A DNA stretch of 64,000 nt from a virus. A program made the translations under genes and the position numbers. Under the pieces are notes generated by a model. It was given only the letters and a program-made list of their open reading frames with translations. It did no database searches and was not told the DNA's origin. Below, piece after piece: positions 23,461 to 32,411 of the stretch (position 1 is the stretch's first letter; each line of letters starts with the position of its first letter). Location of the stretch: positions 1 through 64,000 of IMG/VR virus record IMGVR_UViG_3300046787_000327; one strand, 5' to 3'.

Positions 23461-24129
23461 ATGTCAGTCGAAACTAACGACGGTATGCTCCCTGCCTCTT
23501 CTATTGATAGGGAAATACTAATGCCAGGTTTAGTGGTATATAAAAATGTTATCCCTAATGGGCAAAAGGTTATAGATGATCTTGAGGGCGTTCTTGTCGA
23601 TGGAAGTAATTATAGATGGAGTCAGGCAACAGTTGGCAACAGGCAAAGAATGGTTGACTACAGAGATTGCCTAGATTTTAAATTTAAAAAATCCACTATT
23701 GTTGGAACAGATGAAAACTCTGAAACAGTCAAGGATTCTTGGCAATACCTATATGACAGAATGAACGCAGCAGTCGAAGATTATGTCAAACTCTATCCAA
23801 TGGAAAAGTTAGAGTATTGGGAATCTATTAATTTAATTAAGTATTATCCTGGTAATCACTTTCAGTCACATGCAGATGACGGGGCATCATATAAGTCTGT
23901 CGTGTCTTTAGTTGGATACCTAAACGATGACTATGAAGGTGGAGAACTGTCGTTTGATGCGTACAACATTAAGATAAAGCCACAGGCGGGAGATCTTGTT
24001 ATTTTCCCATCTAATTTTATGTTTATCCACAAGGCATGGCCAGTAGTTGAAGGCATTAAGTATTCTATAGTCACTATGCTAGACTACAGTGACAAGTTTC
24101 ATACACAGAGGTTTTATTATGGAAAGTAA
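23461..24129 (+). CDS. 2OG-Fe(II) oxygenase
   Basis: HAD...YLNDDYEGGEL...H...K. Confidence 0.9.
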   Translation: MSVETNDGMLPASSIDREILMPGLVVYKNVIPNGQKVIDDLEGVLVDGSNYRWSQATVGNRQRMVDYRDCLDFKFKKSTIVGTDENSETVKDSWQYLYDRMNAAVEDYVKLYPMEKLEYWESINLIKYYPGNHFQSHADDGASYKSVVSLVGYLNDDYEGGELSFDAYNIKIKPQAGDLVIFPSNFMFIHKAWPVVEGIKYSIVTMLDYSDKFHTQRFYYGK

Positions 24130-24664
24130 AGAATTAGCACTTGGAGTAAGACTATATAGCAATATAGATCTTCCATGTAAAGAAGAAGTCCTGAATTTAA
24201 ATTTTGCTGGTGCAAAAATGGAAGGGGTAATCAAGAATAACCAGTTTGAGGTAGATTATGAAAACCGTATAACATATTCTATAGATATCCCATATTTAAA
24301 TAAAGATGATAATAAGTTCACAGATATATTCAGAGAGACCTTTGATCCAGTAGAACGAGATTACATGTCTTTGATGAACATTGCCATGAGATCGCACAAT
24401 CCATACAAAATATTAAAGTATGAAGTTGGTGGAAAGTTTGAGAGCCATATAGACGATGGTGGTGGAAACTTTAGAAGAATGTCGACAGTGTATTACCTAA
24501 ATGATGACTATGAGGGCGGTGAGTTATGCTTTCCACAGTTTGGCATAGAGTTAAAGCCAAAGGCAGGAGATATGGTAATCTTCCCATCCTCATACGTTTA
24601 TTCTCATAGTGTAAATCCAGTCACATCTGGTAATAGGTTCTCAATAGCAAGTTGGCTAAAATGA
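24119..24664 (+). CDS. 2OG-Fe(II) oxygenase
   Basis: HID...YLNDDYEGGEL...H...R. Confidence 0.9.
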   Translation: MESKELALGVRLYSNIDLPCKEEVLNLNFAGAKMEGVIKNNQFEVDYENRITYSIDIPYLNKDDNKFTDIFRETFDPVERDYMSLMNIAMRSHNPYKILKYEVGGKFESHIDDGGGNFRRMSTVYYLNDDYEGGELCFPQFGIELKPKAGDMVIFPSSYVYSHSVNPVTSGNRFSIASWLK

Positions 24665-25152
24665 TTAAGGTTATAAGTACACCTGCTAACATAGAAGATC
24701 TAGTTAATATTAATGAAAAACTAGACAAAGTTCTCCCACTCAACAAGTTTGAAGATAATCCACATTGGTCAGATGATGCAATTAGCGCAGATCAGATTTA
24801 TAGAATTCAAAAATTTGTAGGTCGTGTTGTTGAGGAGACTGGTGTAATTTTGCAGGGGCAGGTAATAGATATGTTTGGTAATACAAATAAGGTGTTCCCA
24901 TATAACATACAACTTATTAAGATAGATAAGAATACATTTAGCACAGATGTCATAGTCGAAGATCAGATATGTCAAACAATTACCCCACTTAAAAATGAAT
25001 GCAAGACCTATGTTTTGATGAATGATTCAGGGTATGTAGAGGTGGAAGATCTTGTTCATGGAGATTATGCTATAGCAACATACTGGACTGAGTATAGAGA
25101 CATGAGATATAAGAATTGGTTTATTGGCAAGTATATGGTGAGATATGTATAA
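24661..25152 (+). CDS. Hypothetical protein (possibly a degenerate oxygenase fold)
   Basis: ORF in operon; no HxD. Confidence 0.6.
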   Translation: MIKVISTPANIEDLVNINEKLDKVLPLNKFEDNPHWSDDAISADQIYRIQKFVGRVVEETGVILQGQVIDMFGNTNKVFPYNIQLIKIDKNTFSTDVIVEDQICQTITPLKNECKTYVLMNDSGYVEVEDLVHGDYAIATYWTEYRDMRYKNWFIGKYMVRYV

Positions 25153-25924
25153 GAAGGACTTAGATTCTCCAAAGGTAAGGGTTGTAGAGAATTTCATCGA
25201 TGATGCTACATGTGATTATTTAATTAACTATGCACAGCAAGAGGATCTTTGGGATAACTTTAACGACACTATCAAGAGTTATGTTTTTAAAGACAAGGAA
25301 GAGTATATCTCAGCAGGTAAGCAGTGGAACAATAGAAGAATTGACATTAATGAGTTATATCTCCAGGGCATGGATAAGAGAAAGGGTTTCTTTGATGTTG
25401 TGCTACCACTACAGTACAAGATGCACGATGAGGTAGTAGATTTTCTTAAGCCAGACTTTGAACTTCACAGTGAACTGTGGGAGATTGTAAGATGGCAAAA
25501 AGGAAATCTGCAAGAGCCACACGTAGACCATATTGATCCAGACTTTGACCTTTCTTCCGTCAACCTTGACCTAGTTCCAGAAGAGTGTAAGTACTTTTTT
25601 GAAGAAAGAAATATTGAAAAATATAAAAGACTCTTTACAAACAAAGCCTTTACTTCTATTATTTATCTTAATGATGACTACGAGGGAGGCGAATTATATT
25701 TCCCACAGCATGATGGATTTAAGATAAAACCTAAAAAGGGAACGATGCTAATATTTAGCGGTACGATTGATAATATGCACGGAATCAAAGAAGTTACAGA
25801 TGGAACAAGATATACACATGTTACTTTCTGGTCCAACAACATTTCTAAATCAAGCAGAATTGCTTTTGATAAAAAGGTTAATCGTCTTGTTGTTGATGAT
25901 GAGCATAAGCCTCTTATAGATTAA
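25145..25924 (+). CDS. 2OG-Fe(II) oxygenase
   Basis: HVD...YLNDDYEGGEL...H...R. Confidence 0.9.
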   Translation: MYKKDLDSPKVRVVENFIDDATCDYLINYAQQEDLWDNFNDTIKSYVFKDKEEYISAGKQWNNRRIDINELYLQGMDKRKGFFDVVLPLQYKMHDEVVDFLKPDFELHSELWEIVRWQKGNLQEPHVDHIDPDFDLSSVNLDLVPEECKYFFEERNIEKYKRLFTNKAFTSIIYLNDDYEGGELYFPQHDGFKIKPKKGTMLIFSGTIDNMHGIKEVTDGTRYTHVTFWSNNISKSSRIAFDKKVNRLVVDDEHKPLID

Positions 25925-25958
25925 TCATTTATGATATACTTGACTAAAAGGGGAAAGT

Positions 25959-26726
25959 ATGAATAACATTATTTCATTTATGTCTAATAGGCCTTGGCTC
26001 AAAAAGGATAGCAACTCTGTCCCAACCCCAATGATTAAAACAATGCCAGACTGGTACAGAGAAGCCGATAGATTTGCAAAGATGCCAAATGGTGAATTTT
26101 ACAAAGCACCAAAAGGTATATGTCCTTATCCAAAAGAAGGAACTACAGATGACTATGGCCTAATTCCCACATGGAAAGCATGTCCCTCAGTTTTTGATAT
26201 CATGGGGACAGGTTACTCACTAAACCTACCATGCGATATAGAGTTTATACAAAAAGATGATGGCACACTGGTGGTAAATATAGAAGATAAGCAGTATAAA
26301 GATTTTTGTACTCCAAGACCACCAATGGCACAATTTCAACACCCAATGGGTTACAACGAGCATCACTTTGCTTGGTTTATAGATTGGGCAATGAAAACTC
26401 CAGAAGGATATAGCAGTTTGATTACTCAACCGTTCAACAGGTTTGAATTACCATTCTTAAACACCTCTGGTATAATTGACACAGACAAGGTTCATCTAAT
26501 GGGATCCCTACCATTCTTTATTGTGAAGGGGTGGTCAGGAACTCTAAAGGCTGGAACAACTTTTGCACAGGTCTTGCCTTTTAAGAGAGAAGACTGGTCA
26601 TCAGAAGTTTCTATAGAAAACCCAATGAACATGTACACAAAGAACAAAGAGAATTCTGAAATTTATAGAGTCCCAGATGGAGGGGTTTATAAAAATACAG
26701 TATGGAGCAGAAGGAAGTATGAATAA
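25959..26726 (+). CDS. DUF6065-related hypothetical protein
   Basis: P.W...KACP...GY...GIIDTD...LKAGT...Q.LPFKR pattern similar to 28127. Confidence 0.5.
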   Translation: MNNIISFMSNRPWLKKDSNSVPTPMIKTMPDWYREADRFAKMPNGEFYKAPKGICPYPKEGTTDDYGLIPTWKACPSVFDIMGTGYSLNLPCDIEFIQKDDGTLVVNIEDKQYKDFCTPRPPMAQFQHPMGYNEHHFAWFIDWAMKTPEGYSSLITQPFNRFELPFLNTSGIIDTDKVHLMGSLPFFIVKGWSGTLKAGTTFAQVLPFKREDWSSEVSIENPMNMYTKNKENSEIYRVPDGGVYKNTVWSRRKYE

Positions 26727-27454
26727 TGACAGAACATGATGAAAACTTAAATCACTGGTTTATCAAAGATAGATCAGAGACAGCATCAAACAGGCTAGCA
26801 CCACGACAGGTAGGCAAAGATATTGTGGTTGAAAATTTAGCCCTAGGTCTAAATGTATACCGTAATACTTTTACCTTAGATGATGCCAACAGGTATATAG
26901 ACACCCTTGAGTCAAATCTTTCTTCTGGTAAAAAGTATTCCTGGTCAGAGGCACAAGTAACCAATTCAACTACACCTATTAAAAAGGCAAGAGACTGTGT
27001 AGACTTTAGGTTTAAGCAAGAAAACCTAGGTCCAAGAGACGAAGCAAATGCCGAACTCCTTGACTTGCATGAAGAGATTTACCAAAAATTAAAGTTTTGC
27101 ATAGATGACTATGCACAATATTGGGGCATTAATGTTGTTTACTATGAAGCATTTAATTTTGTAAAGTATGAGGGCAAGGGGACACACTTTAACATCCATG
27201 CAGACCATGGCCCAGCATACAACTCTACTGTATCAGCAGTTATTTATATCAATGACGATTATGAAGGCGGGGACTTAAAATTCCCAAGACTAGATAATAT
27301 TGTGTATAAGCCAAGAGTTGGCGATATCGCTGTATTCCCATCAAACTATATCTATGAGCATGCATCTCTGCCCATGGAGTCAGGAACTAAGTATTGTGTT
27401 GTAGTAATGACAGATATTAATGAATTGAGTCATCAACAAGTTAGGGGCATCTAA
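26726..27454 (+). CDS. 2OG-Fe(II) oxygenase
   Basis: HAD...YINDDYEGG...H...K. Confidence 0.9.
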   Translation: MTEHDENLNHWFIKDRSETASNRLAPRQVGKDIVVENLALGLNVYRNTFTLDDANRYIDTLESNLSSGKKYSWSEAQVTNSTTPIKKARDCVDFRFKQENLGPRDEANAELLDLHEEIYQKLKFCIDDYAQYWGINVVYYEAFNFVKYEGKGTHFNIHADHGPAYNSTVSAVIYINDDYEGGDLKFPRLDNIVYKPRVGDIAVFPSNYIYEHASLPMESGTKYCVVVMTDINELSHQQVRGI

Positions 27455-28125
27455 TGCAAACATGGACAGATAAGGTAGATTTTGGTAGCGGAATTATTTG
27501 CTACAAAGGGGTTGTAAAAAAGGAATTTGATGTAATCAATAGACTTGAAAAGAATCTTGGATCGGTTGCTGACTATAACTCATTATCACCAGAAGGCAAT
27601 CGTTATCATTGGCACCCAGCATATGTAGGGTATCAGCAATTAATGCCAGACTACAGAGACTGCGTTGACTTTAAGTTTAAGAAGACTGATATCGAGTTAG
27701 ATAGGAGCACTGTTTCTTTAGAGTTGCAGGATTTATGGCAAGACCTATATGATGCCAAGTTGCCAGCGGTAGAAGATTATTCTAGAATGTATAATATTAA
27801 TAATCTTCAGTATTGGGAAGCAATGAATTTTATTCGTTATGGAGAAGGTCAGCACTTCAAAGAGCACCATGACCATGGATTCTCCTATAACTGTACAGTT
27901 TCACTAGTTGCATATCCAAATGATGATTATGAAGGTGGCGAACTCTTCTTTAGACTTCAGGGACTGACAGTAAAGCCTGAAGCGGGAGACCTATTCGTGT
28001 TTCCTTCTAACTATATGTACCCTCATCAGGCTATGCCAGTTACTTCTGGGGTTAAGTATTCAATTGTTACCATGCTAGATTATAATAAGAAGTTTCATAC
28101 ACCAGAAATGTATATGGCTGACTAG
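27454..28125 (+). CDS. 2OG-Fe(II) oxygenase (paralog of 23461)
   Basis: HHD...H...KYSIVTMLDY. Confidence 0.9.
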   Translation: MQTWTDKVDFGSGIICYKGVVKKEFDVINRLEKNLGSVADYNSLSPEGNRYHWHPAYVGYQQLMPDYRDCVDFKFKKTDIELDRSTVSLELQDLWQDLYDAKLPAVEDYSRMYNINNLQYWEAMNFIRYGEGQHFKEHHDHGFSYNCTVSLVAYPNDDYEGGELFFRLQGLTVKPEAGDLFVFPSNYMYPHQAMPVTSGVKYSIVTMLDYNKKFHTPEMYMAD

Positions 28126-28126
28126 T

Positions 28127-28846
28127 ATGATAAACATTAGAGTTGAAAAAACACCAGGCTCAACATTTAAGATTGAGCCAATGTCAATTAAAAGAGATTG
28201 GATGGATTTAACTCCTGAAAATCATGCATACAGATGTTTTCCAGTAACACAGTCAAATGTAATTGGCTGGAGCCTTTCTTCTACTAGCGATATTGTTTTC
28301 AGGTGGGACGGGGTAAATGATTCAAGTCCAAACCATGTTGAAATCTTTAGTCCACAAGAAGGTTCTTATAGTGGTAGAGGGCAATCATCTGTAAGCCTAG
28401 ATACTGGCCTAATTTTTAAAACAGAAAGTGATACCAGTATTTGGACTATAAACCCAGTAAATTATTTTAGCGATGATTTCGAGACAATCTCTAGTTTAAT
28501 TAGTACATCGTTTTATGGTAATCCTTTGCCACTCGCTATTAAAGCAAAAAGATCACAAGAACTTGTAACAATCAAAGCAGGAACTCCTCTTGCAACAATC
28601 ATTCCAATCTCACTAACAAATCTGAATAATAGTACTATTGAAATAGTAAGGTATCAGGACTTTGATGGGAAAAGACAAGAAGATAGCAGGGCCTATGGAG
28701 ACGCAGCACAAGCAGTAAATGCATCAGGACAGTGGACAGACTGGTATAGAAATGCTGTGAATGAAAAAAATGAGTCACTCGGCTCTCATGAAGTTAAGGC
28801 TCTTAAACTTGAAGTAAACGATACAACGAATGGTGATATAATATAA
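28127..28846 (+). CDS. DUF6065-like protein
   Basis: KRDWMD...AYRCFP...N..GW signature. Confidence 0.6.
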   Translation: MINIRVEKTPGSTFKIEPMSIKRDWMDLTPENHAYRCFPVTQSNVIGWSLSSTSDIVFRWDGVNDSSPNHVEIFSPQEGSYSGRGQSSVSLDTGLIFKTESDTSIWTINPVNYFSDDFETISSLISTSFYGNPLPLAIKAKRSQELVTIKAGTPLATIIPISLTNLNNSTIEIVRYQDFDGKRQEDSRAYGDAAQAVNASGQWTDWYRNAVNEKNESLGSHEVKALKLEVNDTTNGDII

Positions 28847-28848
28847 AT

Positions 28849-29529
28849 ATGGAACAAAATAAAGACTCATATAAAATAGTAAAGAGAACTCCTTCAATTA
28901 CTCCTTCAGGCTGGTTTGGGGATAGTAAGGATATGATCGTTGAATTAGAAAACTTTATGACTGAAGAAGAGATAGAGTTCTTAGAGAAGGCTGCAAAGTC
29001 GTTGACTATTTGGGATGTAACTGAAAGCCATGTAAATGAGAATGGAACTGTTACATATGATTCAAACTATTGGAAGGATAGAGTTGCAACAACTCCAACT
29101 TTAAATAAGAATGATCCGTCCATTGCTCCCGTTATAGAGGGTCTATTCAAGAGATTAAAGCCAATTGTAGAAGAGTTTTATAGTGTAGAGGTTGTGCCAA
29201 CAGGAACAACTATTGTTAAGTGGCTTCCAGGCCAGTTCCAACAGCCACATGCAGATAAGGAATTACATGAGGGTCCAGATGCAGGAACGCCAAACGATTT
29301 TCCAAACTATGACCTATCTAGTTTATTTTATCTAAATGATGATTATGAGGGCGGAGAATTATACTTCCCACTACAAGGGGTACAGTTTAAGCCTAAAAAG
29401 GGTGCAGCATATTTCTTTCCAGGGGACAGAAACTTTGTCCATGGTGTTACAGAGATCAAGAGCGGTCTAAGATTTACCTGCCCATTCTTTTGGGAGATCA
29501 CCAAGCATACAGGAGATAGACAGCCATGA
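28849..29529 (+). CDS. 2OG-Fe(II) oxygenase
   Basis: HAD...YLNDDYEGGEL...HGV...R. Confidence 0.9.
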   Translation: MEQNKDSYKIVKRTPSITPSGWFGDSKDMIVELENFMTEEEIEFLEKAAKSLTIWDVTESHVNENGTVTYDSNYWKDRVATTPTLNKNDPSIAPVIEGLFKRLKPIVEEFYSVEVVPTGTTIVKWLPGQFQQPHADKELHEGPDAGTPNDFPNYDLSSLFYLNDDYEGGELYFPLQGVQFKPKKGAAYFFPGDRNFVHGVTEIKSGLRFTCPFFWEITKHTGDRQP

Positions 29530-30272
29530 ATCTAAACAATAAAAAAAGAATTACAAAAGATATCGTTATATATGAAAACTTCTTGACTGAGGAAGAGTCA
29601 GCAAAGATTATCAAGGTTTTAGATGCACAGGCAGATGGCGGTCATATGACTTGGATGCCCATCTCATTCTATGAGTCATACTCTTCTGTTTTACCTCAAG
29701 ACGGAGATAAAGAGATTGAGGATTTTGGACTACCACCTACAATATTTTCAGATATTGAGAAGACAATCCCTGTAGCCGTTGCTTCTGTTCATGACCTAGA
29801 TCCAGCAACTATCCATAAGATTGGCTACCACACTCAAAAGTGGGAGCCTGGAGCATTTGCAAGACTCCACTCTGACAATACGGATGATAAGGGTAACTCT
29901 GGTGCTTTCACAAGAAGTCGTTATGCAGCGTTTGTATACCTTAACGAAGACTTTGAAGGAGGAATGCTAAGGTTCCCAACTAATGATATTGAGATCAAGC
30001 CTCAGACTGGACTGCTTGCTGTTTTTGACGGGGGATTTGAAAACATGCACGAGGTAAGTCTTATTACTAAGGGTATTAGATACACTATCGGATCCTTCTG
30101 GGATGATAGAGCGGAGTCTGACTACCCACAAGAACTCAGAGATGCTTGGGCTGAAGAAATGAAACAGACTAGAGCACAGCAAGAGATTGAAAGAGCAGAG
30201 TGGCAAAGCCTCCTTAAGGAAGGTTTTAAGTTAGATGATATGGGAAACAAGTATAAGGTAGAGGAACTTTAA
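29526..30272 (+). CDS. 2OG-Fe(II) oxygenase
   Basis: HSD...YLNEDFEGG...HEV...R. Confidence 0.9.
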   Translation: MNLNNKKRITKDIVIYENFLTEEESAKIIKVLDAQADGGHMTWMPISFYESYSSVLPQDGDKEIEDFGLPPTIFSDIEKTIPVAVASVHDLDPATIHKIGYHTQKWEPGAFARLHSDNTDDKGNSGAFTRSRYAAFVYLNEDFEGGMLRFPTNDIEIKPQTGLLAVFDGGFENMHEVSLITKGIRYTIGSFWDDRAESDYPQELRDAWAEEMKQTRAQQEIERAEWQSLLKEGFKLDDMGNKYKVEEL

Positions 30273-30273
30273 T

Positions 30274-30936
30274 ATGGATGTTTTCCTAAAGAAAGAACTT
30301 GAAGATGCTGGATTTAGTACTCAAGTGCTTTATGACCATGTTTTAGTTGTTGAAAACTTTTTGTCACAAGAAGAAGTCGAAATTGTAAATAGTATAATTA
30401 GCGAAACTAGCAATGAAGAGTGGTCAAAGGAATACAAGAAAAGTCTTGCAAATTTCTGTATGGAAAAGTTTGGTAGAGATGATGTAGAAAATCTTGTTGC
30501 TGAGGGCAAGTATGAAATTACTCAGGGGTGGGATGATAAAAATCTAGACATTAGCACAAATCCTCTAAGCAGAAAACTACAGGATAGACTTGGAGAGTTG
30601 ATTGCCATAGCAGACAACAGTTTGCAACTAGGTGGATTTGCAACAATGCAGAGAATGCAACCAGGAGTGGAATTAAAGTTGCATACCGATGAGCACACAG
30701 ATCCATCCATTAGGTACGCTGCAATTCTTTATATCAATGACGACTATGCAGACGGAACGCTATTCTTTAAGAATATAGAGGGTTCGGACTTAAAGCCAAA
30801 ACCAGGTACGTTACTTCTTTTCCCAGGAAACGCAGAGTACGAACATGGAGTTAGACATGTAGGGGAAGGTCCAATTAGATATGTTATAGTTGGATTTTTA
30901 AGAATTAAAGATTTCTATGAAAAGAATAAGTACTAA
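30274..30936 (+). CDS. 2OG-Fe(II) oxygenase
   Basis: HTD...YINDDY...HGV...R. Confidence 0.9.
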   Translation: MDVFLKKELEDAGFSTQVLYDHVLVVENFLSQEEVEIVNSIISETSNEEWSKEYKKSLANFCMEKFGRDDVENLVAEGKYEITQGWDDKNLDISTNPLSRKLQDRLGELIAIADNSLQLGGFATMQRMQPGVELKLHTDEHTDPSIRYAAILYINDDYADGTLFFKNIEGSDLKPKPGTLLLFPGNAEYEHGVRHVGEGPIRYVIVGFLRIKDFYEKNKY

Positions 30937-30945
30937 GGGGGAACT

Positions 30946-31650
30946 ATGGAAAAGCAGATTTTAGAAGAGAAGGTCTACTACTACGAAACTGGAGTGAAGG
31001 ACTTTGAGAAACTCATGGAGACTATCGATGAGTTAGATAGCCTTGAGTCAGAGACTGGAGTATCATCCTGGCATGACTGGACAGCATCAAACGATAAAGA
31101 CTTTATCTATGGCTCTACAAAGACATTTGACATTAATCATATTAATGGACTAGAAGAGCCTTACAAGTCAAAGATGGCATTTGTATATAAAACCATTATG
31201 GACTCCTTCTATGATGTGTCTAAGGACTATGCTCTTGCATTAGGTGATACAGATGAGCCAAGACTATTTCCAACCTTTAATATCAAGAAGTACAAAGAAG
31301 GAACAAGTATGGGGGCTCACTTTGATCAACTTGATGGAGATGAAACTCTTAGATATTCACTAGTCATGTATCTAAATGACGATTTTGATGGTGGAGAGAT
31401 CTCTTTCTCAATGTCTGACTACTCAGGTGTTTTAAAGAAGCAAACGCCTCATCCAGATTATGACCATCCAGACAATGCCAAGTTAATGGATTTTTCAATT
31501 AAGCCAAAGGCTGGAAGCATCATTATCTTCCCATCTTCAGCACCATATCATCACACTGCCCACCTTGTTAAAAGCAAGTTTAAGTATATGGTCCCAGGAC
31601 ACTGGATTCATAACAACATGGACTTTTATCGCTCTTCTGGCAGTATGTAG
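30946..31650 (+). CDS. 2OG-Fe(II) oxygenase
   Basis: HFD...YLNDDFDGGE...H...K. Confidence 0.9.
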   Translation: MEKQILEEKVYYYETGVKDFEKLMETIDELDSLESETGVSSWHDWTASNDKDFIYGSTKTFDINHINGLEEPYKSKMAFVYKTIMDSFYDVSKDYALALGDTDEPRLFPTFNIKKYKEGTSMGAHFDQLDGDETLRYSLVMYLNDDFDGGEISFSMSDYSGVLKKQTPHPDYDHPDNAKLMDFSIKPKAGSIIIFPSSAPYHHTAHLVKSKFKYMVPGHWIHNNMDFYRSSGSM

Positions 31651-32312
31651 TGAAAACTGCAATAGTAACTGGTGCCAGCAAGGGCGTAGGGTATGCAACA
31701 GTTAAGTTGCTATCTGAGTCTGGGTATCGTGTTATTGCAGTCTCTAGGGACCTATCAAAGGTCTCAGAACTAGTCTCTGATAATGTTGAGGTCTATCAAA
31801 TGGATATAACCGTAGCAGAAGAACTCAAAAAGTTTCATCAAAAGTATCAGGGTATAACTTTAGATCTTTTAGTTAATAATGCAGGTGGTGGCTCAAGCCC
31901 AACCAATATTGCAAGAGAGACAATGGATAACTTTAGGCACTCGTACGATATTAATGTTTCAGGCCCAATGTACCTATCTCAACTATTTATACCAGAGATG
32001 CAGAAGTCAAACTCTGCAACTATTATTTTTATTAGTTCTCTTGGTGGTAAGTATGCTTATCGTGGTGGAGGAAATTATACAAATGCCAAGCGTGGCCAGA
32101 TGGCTCTTGTTGACACTATGAGGCTAGAGTTTCCAGAGTATGGAATTAAAGTAACAGAGATATGTCCAGGTACGATAGATACACAAAAAGAAAAGAAACC
32201 TGCTGCTCTTACAGCAGAAGATTTAGCGGAATCTATTCGTTGGGTAGCAGAAATGCCAAGCCATGTCAATATAAACCACATAGAATTAAATCATATTCTT
32301 AGTGGTAAATGA
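31650..32312 (+). CDS. Short-chain dehydrogenase/reductase (YdfG-like)
   Basis: TGASKGVG, NNAG, YxxxK. Confidence 0.85.
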   Translation: MKTAIVTGASKGVGYATVKLLSESGYRVIAVSRDLSKVSELVSDNVEVYQMDITVAEELKKFHQKYQGITLDLLVNNAGGGSSPTNIARETMDNFRHSYDINVSGPMYLSQLFIPEMQKSNSATIIFISSLGGKYAYRGGGNYTNAKRGQMALVDTMRLEFPEYGIKVTEICPGTIDTQKEKKPAALTAEDLAESIRWVAEMPSHVNINHIELNHILSGK

Positions 32313-32411
32313 GTTTTTCGATAACTATCAACCATTGATTTAGGGAGAGTTTTGCTTTTTAGAAAACTCTGCTATAATTAACTCTATTCCGTTTTTGAAA
32401 GGACGAAACAC

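Noticed and set aside
32313-32411. Cobalamin riboswitch or NrdR box before nrdJ
   Set aside because: Too short for a riboswitch; no convincing NrdR consensus
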